This document shows, piece after piece, positions 51,401 through 64,000 of a DNA stretch of 64,000 nt. Position numbers and translations under genes: made by a program. Numbering within the stretch: the stretch's first letter is position 1; every line of letters begins with the position of its first letter. The stretch is from Azolla caroliniana (taxonomy: Eukaryota > Plantae > Polypodiophyta), in assembly GCA_043228905.1 (NCBI GenBank), contig JBHGNT010000009.1, forward strand, positions 17,174,001 to 17,238,000. Direction: 5' to 3'. The notes under the pieces were generated by a model that saw only the letters and a list, made by a program, of their open reading frames with translations, did no database searches and was not told the origin of the DNA.

Positions 51401-54400
51401 ACATCTGTTAAATGAAAGTCTTTTAATGCATATTTCCTCGTTAAACCAGGGACGTTTTCTTGCTCTGTGAAGCAGTTTCTCTCAATGCATCTCTTCCTGA
51501 ATGCCTTCCAGTATGTGTTCAGTGTCCATGCTCCAAATATTGTCTTGCAAACCTGGCTTCACTTTTGGGCTCAACTGTCCATAGATTGTTTATAGAGTCC
51601 AGACTATTGTTCGAGATAGATAAATTTTAGAGAGAGGGAGCTCTAAGTTTAACTCTGTTTAAACTATAAGTTGTGTTTATATACTAGTTCTTATAGGCAT
51701 AGTAAACAATTTATCTCCTGCTAGAAAAGTTCATTACCCTTTTCATATTCAGAAGCCGACAGCATTTGTTGCATATGTGATTTCTAGTCTCTATACGTAT
51801 CTGCACTGTATATAAGCTGGACATTTGTTCAATGTTGATGCTTGATTGCTTTTCATGGCAATTATAAAACAAATGATCACTTATTTTTTCATGAACTCTT
51901 GTTACCTATGTTGATGTTTCGAACTAGAGATGAGCATTGGTAATTCAAAAATCTCTTCCACTGGTTAGTAGGTAATGACATGAAGGGGATTAGGATGAGA
52001 ACATGTACTGGTCATAAACAAAGTCATGATCTATTAATGCCATTATTTGGTACTGGAATTATTAAATCACCTCAAAACTAGAAAGAAGGCTTACCAGGAT
52101 GCAAAGTAAGATCCTAGATTTGTTGTTGCCTATACATTATACAAAAAGGGCATGCTAATTACCAGTTCAATAGATGAACTTTTAGCAGACCACAAATTCA
52201 ACATTTTGGAAGTTTTGTGAAGCCATACAATATTGAATTTGAATTTTGAGAAAACAAAGTCTTATACAGCAGTGCCTGAGAATGAACTGATGCATTTATT
52301 TCCTGAACTGTGATGCTAAACATGCCCCTAGAAGTTATTGCAGGTTTTTTGACTGTCTGCAAAGTGAGAAGTATGCAGTATTCCTGCATATAAAAGAAGC
52401 TAGATCTTTGCAAGAGTGCTTCAAGATCTACATCAGAAAATATAAAAAAACATTATACTTAACTCAATAAATTCCTCTTGACTTTACATGCACATAGTGT
52501 GGTATACCAGTGGCTAGGCATGAATTAGAAGCATGTAGAAAACTTTATGCTAACATGATTAATTATGTATGTCCAAATACGAAGTTAGAAGCTCAATGCT
52601 GGAGACCCAAAAGCTACAAGTGTGCACAATAAGCTGCAGAAGTTTGTAAAGTTGAAACCCTTCGTTGCTCATTTTTTAAAGTAGGAAATGGTAATATGAA
52701 ATCGTGGCTCATTTTTTTGAAGTAGGAAATGGTAGTAGGAAATCATGACAGTTACAGTTTTAGTTTCCTATTATCTATGGAAGGAAATGCAATTCCCTTC
52801 ATCTATGCTATTGCGTCTGCTACTATACCAATTAAAAATTTGTTCATCAGCATCTGCTTGATTGAGGAATGAAAGGCAGTAGTGGGCAGATAAGAGAAGG
52901 GGAAATATCATGTCAGTGTTTAAAGATTTTGATGTTCTGAAACTTGAGTATCAATTATTTTCTTCTTTTTGTTGTAGAACTATTAATATTCTTGTTTTAT
53001 ATGATTGTTTAAGTTGTCTAATGCTTTTATGATTCTGAAACTCATATTTTGGAAAGTTTCCATTTAATTTTGTTTGTGCTCACAACGCACATGTCTTCTG
53101 ATCAGCCTCACCACAGATGGTCTCACTTCTGGGTAGCAGTTTTTCTAATTCGCTTGGAAATGTTTCGCAAGTGCAAACGGTTGCTGGAAATGGTCAATTA
53201 ACATCTATGGGATTGGCAAACGATGGTAATTCAAATGATGGGGTCCCTTTTGACTTAAATGATTTCCCCCAACTATCAACTCGTCCAAGTTCTGCTGGGT
53301 CACAGGGAAGTATAGGTGGGTGCATGCCTTTTTCTGTGTTGTTTATTGTTTGTACTGTGACTCTTTCATCACAGATAACATTGGCTCTGTAGCATCCCTA
53401 AGAAAGCAAGTTGGTGTCAATCCTATAGTCCAGCAAAGTCAGGAGTTCAGCATCCAGAATGAGGACTTTCCAGCTTTGCCAGGTTTCAAAGGTATAGGCA
53501 AGACTTGAAGATGCTTTTATTATATATAGGAATCATGATGGACTTCATGCAACGTATTTGCAATTATAGGTGGCAGTAATGATTTTACAACAGACCTACA
53601 TCAGAAAGACCCACAACATGAAAGTGCCCTTGCATTGATGCAGTCGCAATATGCGGTAAGGGTTGATTTGTACTTAAATGTACGAATTGTTTAATTGTTC
53701 GAAGGTCTTCTGCTGGCACATTGTGTATGTAGTTGTTTCACTCTTTTGCTAGGATTACTTTTGAAGTTATGGAATTATGTGATCGATACTTAGTTGACAT
53801 ACTTCTTTTTATCTTTAAATTTTGACTGCATTATATCTATTCCATTGGTTACTGTCTGAATTGATTGAGTAATGAAAACTAGCTTTTCCAGTTTTACACC
53901 CTTGAAGGATAGTGTATACAGTGTTTTAAAGGCAAGCTGAAAACGTATATGTGGTTACCAGTGGTTATTGCAAAGTAAATTGAATGCAAAATAGTATTGA
54001 GTTCTCATGGATGTTCCATTCCATTCTTAGAATTCTCACTTGATCAGGGTTTTTGATAAAATTGGAAAAAGAGGACATATATGGCCACAGCTACCAGGAT
54101 ATGTTTATGAAACTCCGGTATGGCATGTCCAGTTTTCTAAACCTTGGAAGTAGCAATGGTATTTCATACAGACATTAGCATAATGAGAGAACAACATTCT
54201 GTTCCTTGTCTTCTTTCTGTCAGGTTTTAATTTTGACTATCTACATCCAGTTTCTAATATGGTCCCATGTCTATGCTGTATTGCTTACATAAATCAACTG
54301 AACACTGAATGTGTGTTTATATCCTTAGCCAAATGCTCGAGGGATAACAAGGGTATCTAAGGAAGTTCTACTTGTGTATGTATTCCTAAATTTATATATC

Positions 54401-56249
54401 TAGTCAATTTCAAGTGGAATGTCTCTTTCAAACTCACAGGGAGGCGAATATTTCATTTTTAGATGTGCATATCTTCATTGAATATACCCAGAGACAAAAT
54501 CTCAAGGGATAACCTGTGGATTGTTTGAAGTTTTACTAATGTATTTGTATCTGAATTTATTTATTTATTTAGTTTTGCTTTCCAAGATGAGACAGTTCTT
54601 TTCAGATGGAATGTCTCTTTCAGTCCCATAGGCCATTCTTGCCTCTTAAAAGTTTAATATTTTGTTCTTTCTGTGTGCATATATTCTATACTACCATATA
54701 AATTCTAATCTTTATAGCTATATTTCTCCGTCCTTGAAAAGTATCCACACACATCTCCATTTAAACATAGGAAATGATAGAAATACTGAAAGGCATTGTT
54801 TTTAGGCATCGATGAATATTTTGAAGTATCTCGGAAACTGATTTGCCTCAATACAATTCAGATGGGAAGGTCAGCAGGCTTTACTCTAGGTGGGTCTTAT
54901 GGACAACACAGGCAACAACATCAGGGATCACCTATTATGTCTACAAGTGCTGCACCTGGGTCTTTCAGCGGGGCAAACTCTTCTGATTTGTTGCAAATGC
55001 ACTCAGCGGCTGATGTATTTCAGGTCTTACATATTCCAATTTCTCATTTCAAAAAAGTTGATTCTTGCTTAGAGATCAAATGACTATAATTCAGTGCAAA
55101 TTTTGTAGTTTTAATAAACATTTTGTGCAGGCTCAAACAGTAGGTCCTCCTGGTGCAAGTAGTGCACAGCTACCCATATCTAGCTTGAGGTCAAGTGCGA
55201 ACCTAGTATCTGGGATAGGGTCATATGAGCAACTGGTTCAGCAGTATCACCAACAACATAACCAATCTCAGTATAGGCTTGGTGCGCACCAACAGCAATT
55301 AGTTGCTGGAGTCCAGTCTTCTAGAGAACAAGGACTGCGAACCATGGGAATTGATCGCTATAGTTTACTTGGTTTGCTGGGTGTTATAAGGATGACCAAT
55401 CCTGATCTCACAACTTTGGCACTTGGTACCGACCTCACGACTTTAGGTTTGAATCTTAATTCTAGAGATAATCTCTACAGGACGTTTGCATCACCGTGGG
55501 CCGAGGGTCCTGCAAAAGGTGAACCAGAGTTTACCTTGCCTCAATGCTATGTCCATGAGGCTCCTCCACTTCAGGTTGGTTTAAGAACTTCCTGAGATTT
55601 GGTTTCCTTTTTTTTGTGATGATATTTTAAAGGTTTGCATCTCTACACAGCCTGAATATTTTACGAAGTTTCAGCAGGCTACACTCTTTTATATATTCTA
55701 CAGGTTTGTTTTCGATAGATTCATTGAGGAATTCAATCTTGCAGCATTCATTTATAACCTTTGTATGACTGTTACTTGAACTATACTTTGCAGTATGCCA
55801 AATGATGAAGCACAATTATATGCTGCCAATGAGCTGTGAGTGTCCAACATCTTCATCAACATCTTAGAATTCATTTATGGGAAACATTAGGTTATGAAGA
55901 TGGGTTTCTCAAGTTTTCTTTGAATCTAATAGTGCTATTAAATTTCAGGTATAATAGGACTTGGTTCTATCATAAAGATCTACGTGTTTGGTTTATTCGT
56001 GTACCAAATGTTGAACCTCTTGTGACCACAGCAACATATGAGCGAGGATCATACTTTTATTTTGATGTCAACACCTGGGATATAGGACGGAAGGTATAAA
56101 TTAACATATATTTTGAAGAAGATGGTTTCTGGGCTTTATGTGTGAATAACTGCATTATATTTATCTCCATCTTAAAATGTTTATTGCAGGACCACTTTGT
56201 ACTTCAATACGAAATGATAGAAAAGAGACCACAACTTACACAACATTAG
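48478..56249 (+). CDS. NOT2: CCR4-NOT complex subunit NOT2 (VIP2-like); coding exons 48478-48589, 48728-48888, 49347-49740, 53106-53315, 53393-53491, 53570-53655, 54862-55023, 55131-55574, 55651-55703, 55794-55835, 55949-56093, 56190-56249
   Basis: Plant NOT2 motifs SFSGQSG, QGLQNVHGNYN, FDLNDFPQL, EFSIQNEDFPALPG, LALGTDLTTLGLNLNS, TFASPW, TLFYIFYSMP, WFYHK, YERGSY; splice sites in consistent phase; the true start may lie in a short upstream exon. Confidence 0.93.
48990..49280. mobile_element. Foldback/MULE-like MITE in NOT2 intron
   Basis: Long imperfect inverted repeats TTCCCCAAATGCCC / GGGCATTTGGGGAA; TSD not evident. Confidence 0.55.
49890..50270. repeat. Intronic tandem duplication (~205-bp period)
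   Basis: GAAA.GCTGA.AA.C...TTTGT.CCAGTTTT.CTAAT...TTATCCATAA...TCCTCAAC at ~49890 and ~50095. Confidence 0.8.
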
Positions 56250-58319
56250 CAAGAAGATGTTTCCTTCACCAGATATCCCCTTTTTTCCCATTCCTGCGGT
56301 TAATAGAATTGGTTGCAACCACCAACCACTTTGTAACATGTAGAAGAAATTATAACTAGATGTTAAAAAGAGAAAAGTTCAAATTTTCTGCAATTTTGTT
56401 CATTGTGAAGTGTTGATTTCTATTTACAGGATATGATCCTGCAGAGGCTCCTTACCAACACCATCTTTTTGTTTGGTCTAATCTGCTATTTTTCTTGTTT
56501 GCACAATTTATATTGGTGATTGTGTAGGTAATTTACATGAGGTCATGCCTTGAGAGAAAAAGGTAGAACTTTCAAACGACCTGTCTAAATCTTCTCGACG
56601 AGTATCTGTGGTACTATGGTATAACATTGATTGTCGTGCATGTTTCTCAAGTATATGAACTCGATAATAAGCATTTTGAGCAATATAACACTTGAAAGTG
56701 CAGATATTGAGATGCAAAAAAAGCAATATTGTGATTTTGGTTTAATGAGGGACCAATTTCACAAACCACTGCTTTTTAATGAAGGGTTAAACTACTAATA
56801 AGATGGGCTATGTTATGTTTATGGTTTTTCAATCAAGTATCTATGAACATGTGAATGTTGTTGCTGGCCTGATGTACATCAGTTATGTAGCCTTCCATCC
56901 AAGGTCAGTTAGCCACAGAGCTTCTTATTGAAAACAAACCCATGACAATGGTTGTTGAATGGAAGGCCATGAATATGTTCTCCATGCAAACCCTAAACCC
57001 TGCACTAGATATTTCATTTGATGTTCATTCACATATGCTAGTCATGTTGTGAAACTATTGATTTTAACTTTGTAAACCCACTTTTCATTGAATTATTTGT
57101 CCTCAGAATACTATGATATCTTGTGTGTTGATGACCATCATGGTAATTTGGGGCCGTGTACTTTTATTGGAGCTGTTTGCAGCATCTAGTACTTATGAGG
57201 AACAGAGAGGGATTCTTCTGTTGAATCATTGATCAATGCCATCAAAGTTATGTTGTAGAATTGAAACTTTTGGTATGGTCTTTGCGTGGCACTATGCCTT
57301 CTTTATGGCAATTCATCCATTGAATCATTGAATCATTAAAACCACCTATGTTGCTTTGTTGCAGCTTTCTTCAAAATTGTCTTGCTGATAGAATGATATG
57401 TTGCACATCATTTCCCAATTTAATGTTGCCCTTTATGTTGGGAAGAAAGTTGTCCAGTCCTTTCTGCTTCTGTAGGGTTATCTTGTTCCATTCAAATGGA
57501 TCTCGCTTGTTGGAACGTCTTTATTTTTGCTCAATTCTTGTCTCTTGTTTGGACCCAAAATTTGGATGTTTTTGTGAAGAGATTTGACACAACGATAGAA
57601 GAGCATTGAGGTGGACCATCACTTTATATGCTATTTGTATATGAGAAGCATTAGGTTATGGTGTTGAGAGTGTCAAATTAAGGGTAAAGGATCAACTATT
57701 GTTGATCTTTGATGGTTGTGCATCATCGATCAATAGCTCACATGTTGATGTTGATTTTTTGACAATGGATTGTAGGCTACCATTGGAGAGGACTCCAAGG
57801 ATAATGATGCATGCCCATTAAGTGGGAGATGAAAGGTTCCTATGTTGAATGTTGATTTCGACACTAGATGAGCATCGAAGGTGCCTACATATGTAGAGTG
57901 AGATGCTGATGCATACATGTATTGATATAGATGGGTTTCCTAACCCCTAGTCATGTGATCGCCTTTGATGGGAGATTGAACCGGCCTAGCAAGAGCCCCT
58001 TGTGGCTAAGTGTATCTATCTATCAATAAATCAATCTATACGGGACTTAAGAGCTTGAAAGTTGCTAGTCTTCTTTAAGTCATAGAGTTTTGTAGGTGAG
58101 TACTATATATTTACTATTGTAAATAGTGAAGTCATCATCTCAAGATCTCATCGAATCCCGTGAATTCTCTTTGCATCTCTTGAGTGTTGTGTAGATAGTA
58201 GTTAACTTGTAGTTATGGTGTAGGAGCCAAAGTTAGATTCACATTTTGAGTATCTTTGTAGAGAGTAGGATTTTGCTTGGTTTGCTCCCATATTGGTCTT
58301 TATGTGAGAACACATCACT

Positions 58320-59050
58320 TCATGGTACTTCATAGAACACATCACTTCCTCTAATGTACTCTCCTTCCAATATAAACTTCACCTTGATCTCCATGAAACC
58401 ATATGATGCATTTCTATCACTTCCAAATGCTTCTGTCCAAGATTTGACATGAACTTGCTTACTAATTTAACTATGTACAATATGTTGGGCCTCAAGCTAA
58501 TTGTGGCATACACATTCACATACCAATAGCAAAACAATATACACAGTTTCATATCAATTAACTTTCACCTTCAGATTCCTTGCGCACTCTTAGGTTGATT
58601 GGCATTGGCTCCATTTATGTGAAACTTCTTAAGTACTTTGGTGGCACACTTCTTCAAAGAGTGATATGTACAAGCTAAACTTTGTGTCTTGAGTGATTTA
58701 TATGCCTAGGGCTTTTCTCTTTCGTGATTCTTCAAGTCAAAATACAAGCTAAACTGTCACTTTAGACCTTGAATTCCCTCTGACTTTCCCACAATCAACA
58801 TGTCATTGGAGTTCATAAGATTAGCATATCGTCCAAACACCTAATCTTTTGAGTCAAACTTTTGGTACCACTACTGGGAAGCTTGCTTCAAATTATATAA
58901 GCTCATGTTCAGTTGACAAACCATCACCTCCTTTCATGATAGGCAAACCCAATCCGTTGCTCTATAAACACTTGCTTTTCAAGGTCATTGTGTACAATCC
59001 TTACATACACATGTTAAGTATCCATGTCCCTCTTAAGGTTGGTTGCAAGC
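58320..59050 (-). mobile_element. Ty1/copia RT relic
   Basis: Minus strand SLYNLKQASQ*WYQKFDS and .DDML remnants at ~58820-58905. Confidence 0.55.
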
Positions 59051-60599
59051 AATAACCATGGTGTTATCATTAGTACAATAGGGTGTGTCACATGGTCTTG
59101 TAACTAAGTAATGTGTTTCTTCATGTTAGATCATTTTTTGGGGTAGATAGACATGCACTCTTTTGGGGGTGAAGTGGTTAAAGAACGACTGTAAATCCAC
59201 CTTTGGGCATATTAACATACTACCCTAATTTTCAGTGGAGAGCAACATTAATGACTCTTAACCTTAACTTTAAATGGAAAATTTTCATATGGTATTTATA
59301 TACCAATATACTTACGTGCTTAATCATCTGTAAATCAAGAACTCAAAAGGGAACATTGCGAAATCATAAAAAGAATATTACCAACCAAGTCTTTGCATTC
59401 CTCAACCATTAATATGCACACATTGGCCCAAGCTCTTGATGTTACAAAGATTAGATAAGCTCAAGGAGATTAGGATAGGCTAATGATAGAGAATAAGACA
59501 CTAAAAGATTTAGGAACATTAAAAACAAGAAGAAACAAAAAGAAGATGTATAAAAGTTTATACATTCACATTCAAACTTATTTTACATTTTTGCTATTTT
59601 GGCATATTTTGATCCGTCTTCATTTTACATAAGTCCTACTCTATAAGGTTCTTTTAAAGCATCTTAATGCTAGGAATATTCCTTTGTAAGAGTTTCATAT
59701 GGGAGTGGGGATAACAATGAACAATTTAATTCATTCTTGGGTATTAATAAAGTCGGTCCATTTCCACTATCATGGGATCAACAAATATGTGAGTTGGGTT
59801 CATAACATCTAGAAGGGAGAAGGCGCCAAGTTTTGTCAAAATGTTGAGTCATTGAAGAATGCCTGGCACCACAATAATTGGAGTATGAGTGGGTATGGGC
59901 GGTTCTATACATGGATGAGATGTGGATCATTCTTTCAGATAATTTTTTCAAACCAAACGTGGCTATCACAAGAATAGGTCAACATTTGGTTCCACTCCAA
60001 TGTTAGGGAAATATTTGATCAATTTTGTAAGTGGGAAGCGGTTTTCATGGAAGTTGAATGTCTAGGGAATTGGTGCCTTGTATCCATATTGGAGATGGAT
60101 TTGTGGCCACTCACATCTCTTGGTCTTGCTAGAGTCTTTAAGTAGTGGCCATTGGAGTTTGAAACAATCAACAATGTTTTTGTAAACACTCGTGACAATG
60201 TTGAATCATTTATTTGTTTTGGATCTTCGCTGATAATGGATAATGGCAATTGTTGATATAAGAGAATATGTGCAATGAGGTAATTACATGAGAGGGTTAG
60301 CTTCTATTAGTTGTGAGCCCTTTGGTTTAAGTGACAAAGTTTATTACATGTGTGCTGATGAGTCAAGCATATAAGTGTGGGAGGGGAAGCCACAAATGTC
60401 GATGGTATACTTGAGAGGGATTTGGGCACACAGATGTGAGGGCTGGAGCAATGAATGTGAAGGTTAGAGTTTTATGGGCACATTAGGTAGAAGGAAATAC
60501 AGGACATCGTCAAATGAGTAATATCTGAATAATGGATAGGTAGGGTCAACGATGTTAGACTCACTAGTGGTGTAGTCAAGCAATTGAGTGAGTGATATA

Positions 60600-61015
60600 T
60601 GTAAAGAATTGAGTTTGATTCTATGTAGGGGAATAGATTAGAGAATTATGTTATGTGTGTGTGAAAGAGGAGAGAGGAGAGACACAAGATAGATAGGAAA
60701 ACAAAATACTCAAGATGTATATTGACAAGGAGTAGAGAATAACAAGTACAAAGATAATAACATTACATGGAAGATTAACCGATTGTTACAAAGTAGGAGG
60801 AGGGTGCTTTATATAAGATCACCATCTCAGTAAACCGCTCACTCACTCTCTAGTAACTATAGAAGTTCATGTGGAAACTCAATAGTTATGTGTCATAGAA
60901 TATGATTCTGTGACACATAATTAATATTAGAAAGTAGTGGCGACCTTTGAGTGTTCATACATTCTCAAGAAAGGTGTGTTCACACACTAGAATTAGGTTG
61001 AGTTTGATTTTTACA
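60600..61015 (-). mobile_element. Solo LTR (family A)
   Basis: Reverse complement of family A LTR; TSD ATATA/ATATA. Confidence 0.9.
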
Positions 61016-61953
61016 ATATAACGCAAAGGATGGGTTTTGGGGTGAAGAGGGAAGTATGTAGTGGTCCACGTTAGGAGGTGATGTGTGTGATTGGTCTAAA
61101 TCATCTTTAGGGTCTTGATGCTTTAACATATCTCCATCTAGTTGACATAATGAAAACCATGCCCTATGGGTGTTCATTATGATTCTCTCTTGGTGCTTTG
61201 GCTTCAATTGCCCACCCCTTCATTTTTCCAAAGGTCGTTGTTGCACATTAGACAATTTCACACTAGTATGCACCCACTAATATGTTCAAGGTGTGCCATA
61301 GAATCGGAGAGCGAAATTTATTTTTTGTGACAATCGAGTGTCGAGGTCAAGCTACAAAAAGTTACAATTTTGAGGGCCCTCTTAAAACTTATAAAAAGAG
61401 ATTGACAACTCATTTTTGGGGATCATTGTTTTAAGAGATACGTCAATGCTTTGTTAACAAGTGGAACTACCATGAGATAGTGAATCAAGAGAGCATGTAG
61501 AAAATCTACGACGACAAGTGGTAGCGTGTCCGTCTATCGTAGGCTCATCTATACTGAAACTCATGGATCTCCTTCTGACACTATTATTTTTCTTGATCTC
61601 TGTCGTCATCTTATTCATCCATATCCTATTCTAGCCACCCCATGTAACGAGGCCAAGGATTTTGACCTTAAATATATCTAGCTACATGCTTCCTAGACTT
61701 TTTGTGAATTATTGTAAGTTTTTTCTATTTAATTATGGATGTTCTAAGATATTATTGTGTTGCGGTTAAGCGAGTATCTTCACAAATTTTCCGGATCAAG
61801 ATTTGGGTTGGCGGGTGATTCGTGTAGAATTGAAGGTGGTGTTTGTCTCCATGTTAGAATTAGAATTAGGATTAGGATTTTTATCATCCATGAAGAGGCC
61901 AAATTTGACCTTGAGACTAGAGTATAAATGTGTTCTTGATATGTGTCTCCTTC

Positions 61954-62355
61954 CTAAAAAGGGGTATTCATACATTGAAGCACAAAGTCTCTATGCGTGA
62001 ATAAGGCATACACATATGAGCTCAACCTTCTAGGTGGTGTCTTAAGTACGACACTTAAGTTATCACTCCCTGTTAATATGTCATCATATCTTGAACGGAT
62101 TGCACTATATGCCGAGCATGTGAAGAGCAAGTGACATTCATCCTCTACCATGCCTTCATTGCATACTTTACATGCCTTTAAATTCGTTACATTTTGATAC
62201 CATGATGCAACTTCAATACCTAACTTGTGAGATCGAGTGCGAAGTAGTGTGAAGGCTCTACGAGCATTACTACTCATATTGGTAATGAGATAAGGTTGGA
62301 TATGATCAATAGGCATTCTTGCCTGCAAGCATATAGGGGATTTCCTAGGAATCAT
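61954..62355 (-). mobile_element. Non-LTR retrotransposon 3' end (RTEX-like C-terminal CCHC finger)
   Basis: LRTRSHKLGIE..W...CKVCNEGMVEDECHLLFTCSAYSAIR, a typical LINE ORF2 C-terminal zinc knuckle. Confidence 0.75.
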
Positions 62356-62728
62356 GATGCAAATTTGAGGTCAACAATCAGAGTTCTTGAGAAAAAGTTA
62401 CGAGGTAAAGAAATCTTGCGAAACGACAAGAGTCCAGTCAAACCTGAACCCGAACAAACTAGTCAACATTCACAGTTTTAGGAGTAGAGGAAATTCGATG
62501 ATTGCATGAATTTGGGTAGAGGAACTTAAGTGGAGCACACAAAAACGGAGTGTTTGAGTCTTGTATCAAATATTGGCGCGTGTGCAACCGTACATACATA
62601 CATGGGATACTTCAAGGACCAGACACACAAAGGAAGGCCCCTAAGTCAAGTGTGTGTGCAAGATGCAAACACCCAAAGGTTGAGTGTTCCTGTCGAGAGT
62701 TAAAGCACACAAATGAGGGAGTAGGAGA

Positions 62729-63344
62729 TGTTGAGAAATCGACCCTTCGATTCTCCTTCTTCTCTCGGCCACAACCGAGTAAGCGCGAATCAATGCAGCA
62801 GAAAATAGGAACCACAAAGAGAAACAAAACGCGAACACACAGGGATTAACGTGGAAAACCCTGTACGGGAAAAACCACGGGAGTACAAGACTCCAAACCA
62901 ACACTATACAGAGAAGTATACAATGGCGAGCTACAAGGCGACGACCTTGAGCTCGCTATCCTCGCCACAGACGGCGGAAATACAGAGAGGCATCTACCTC
63001 TTCCTCTCTCGCGCTCTATCTCTCTCTCTCTCTCTCACGGCTGCTCTCTCTTAACTCCTCTAGAGTGGAAAAACAAGAAAATGATAAGCAACAACTCACA
63101 ACAGTTTGCCCTAAGTCATATTTATACATATATGACTTTGGGGCTATTTACAACTATGGCCTCAGGGGCCCTTAGCAGACATATTCACGGATATGTCCCT
63201 GCATCCGGATCTCTCTCCGGGTACATTCGTCATCCGGCTCCGAAGCCGGGGTCTTCATCATCCGGTTCCGAAACCGAAACCGGACTCGTCGGTATTCATC
63301 TCCGACATCCGACCATCCCATCCGAAGGGACCGTAATCCCAACA
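62729..63344 (-). mobile_element. Solo copia-type LTR
   Basis: TGTTG...CAACA with TSD GGAGA/GGAGA; U5-type motif rc CCGTGGTTTTTCCC..AGGGTTTTCCACG; TATA on the minus strand ~63120. Confidence 0.9.
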
Positions 63345-64000
63345 GGAGATACTCCAACTTCACTTTCGAAAGAACTTGTACTATCTACCAATCCTCGACT
63401 TGACTTGAAGTTGGCCTCTCGAGAGTATTGGTGCTTGCAACATTGGAAGTTTATCAAAGAATTCATCAAGACTTGTCAAGATGTCTGTGCTTGTGCCAAG
63501 GTGGCTCACCATTGGCAATACGGCTTGCTCAACCACTCCCAATCTTGAGCCAACCTTGGGCATCTGTCTCCATGGATTTTATCACTGCTCTACCCCCCGA
63601 CTGATAGTGTACAACACATTTCTGGTGATAGTCGGTTGGTATACGAGTTTGGCGCATGGTCTGAGACCATCTTAAGAGCACAAATAGTGGGTACGGCGAA
63701 CAACACAAGGCTCATGGTTACACCATTATCTTTTGTTTCCTCATGATGAAACGATCAAAAGTAACGAACAATAATCGCGATCGATGCGTAAGGAAGAAAG
63801 TAACGTAAACTGATAGATGAACACGAAAGATAACAATTAAACCGATATTGAATCGAGAAACAAAGCGGTGTGTAAAGGATCGATTGAATATGTGGGGATT
63901 GATTTGATTACAGATAGCAAACAATTTAGATAAATTAAACAATCACAAGAAGAAGAAGAAGTAAGAATTAAAATTAGAAGAAACAGAAACAGAAGAAGAA

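Noticed and set aside
57966-58317. Solo LTR TGATG...CATCA
   Set aside because: LTR-like composition but no TSD and no second copy in the window to confirm the boundaries.
62360-64000. Minus-strand Ty3 gag/PBS around the solo LTR
   Set aside because: No diagnostic motif and the putative PBS is not preceded by CA; cannot be supported by eye.

Overview
Eukaryotic (land-plant, possibly fern - inference from gene/intron and TE style) nuclear DNA, dominated by decayed and nested retrotransposons, with three intron-containing genes: a PADRE/DUF4228 gene (+, 20227-21103), a probable plastid-targeted single-pass membrane protein of unknown family (-, 28720-29614) and a CCR4-NOT NOT2/VIP2 gene (+, ~48478-56249, 12 coding exons, one GC-AG intron). 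TEs: one full-length TSD-flanked Ty1/copia (32145-39654), a five-level nested stack (5578-15000), several collapsed copia copies and solo LTRs with clean 5-bp TSDs, and LINE and Ty3 relics. The most unusual signal is a set of 0.6-1.4 kb LTR-like elements with TGTCRT...AYGACA ends. Each carries a tRNA-like Pol III A/B-box segment, and where the empty site can be rebuilt they show no target-site duplication but two extra nucleotides at each end. A second oddity is a tRNA-headed element (and ~65-bp mini-derivatives) found only inside (GA)n microsatellites. A third is a conserved stem-loop that loops out the copia PPT/U3 junction. All calls are by eye; no database searches were run.
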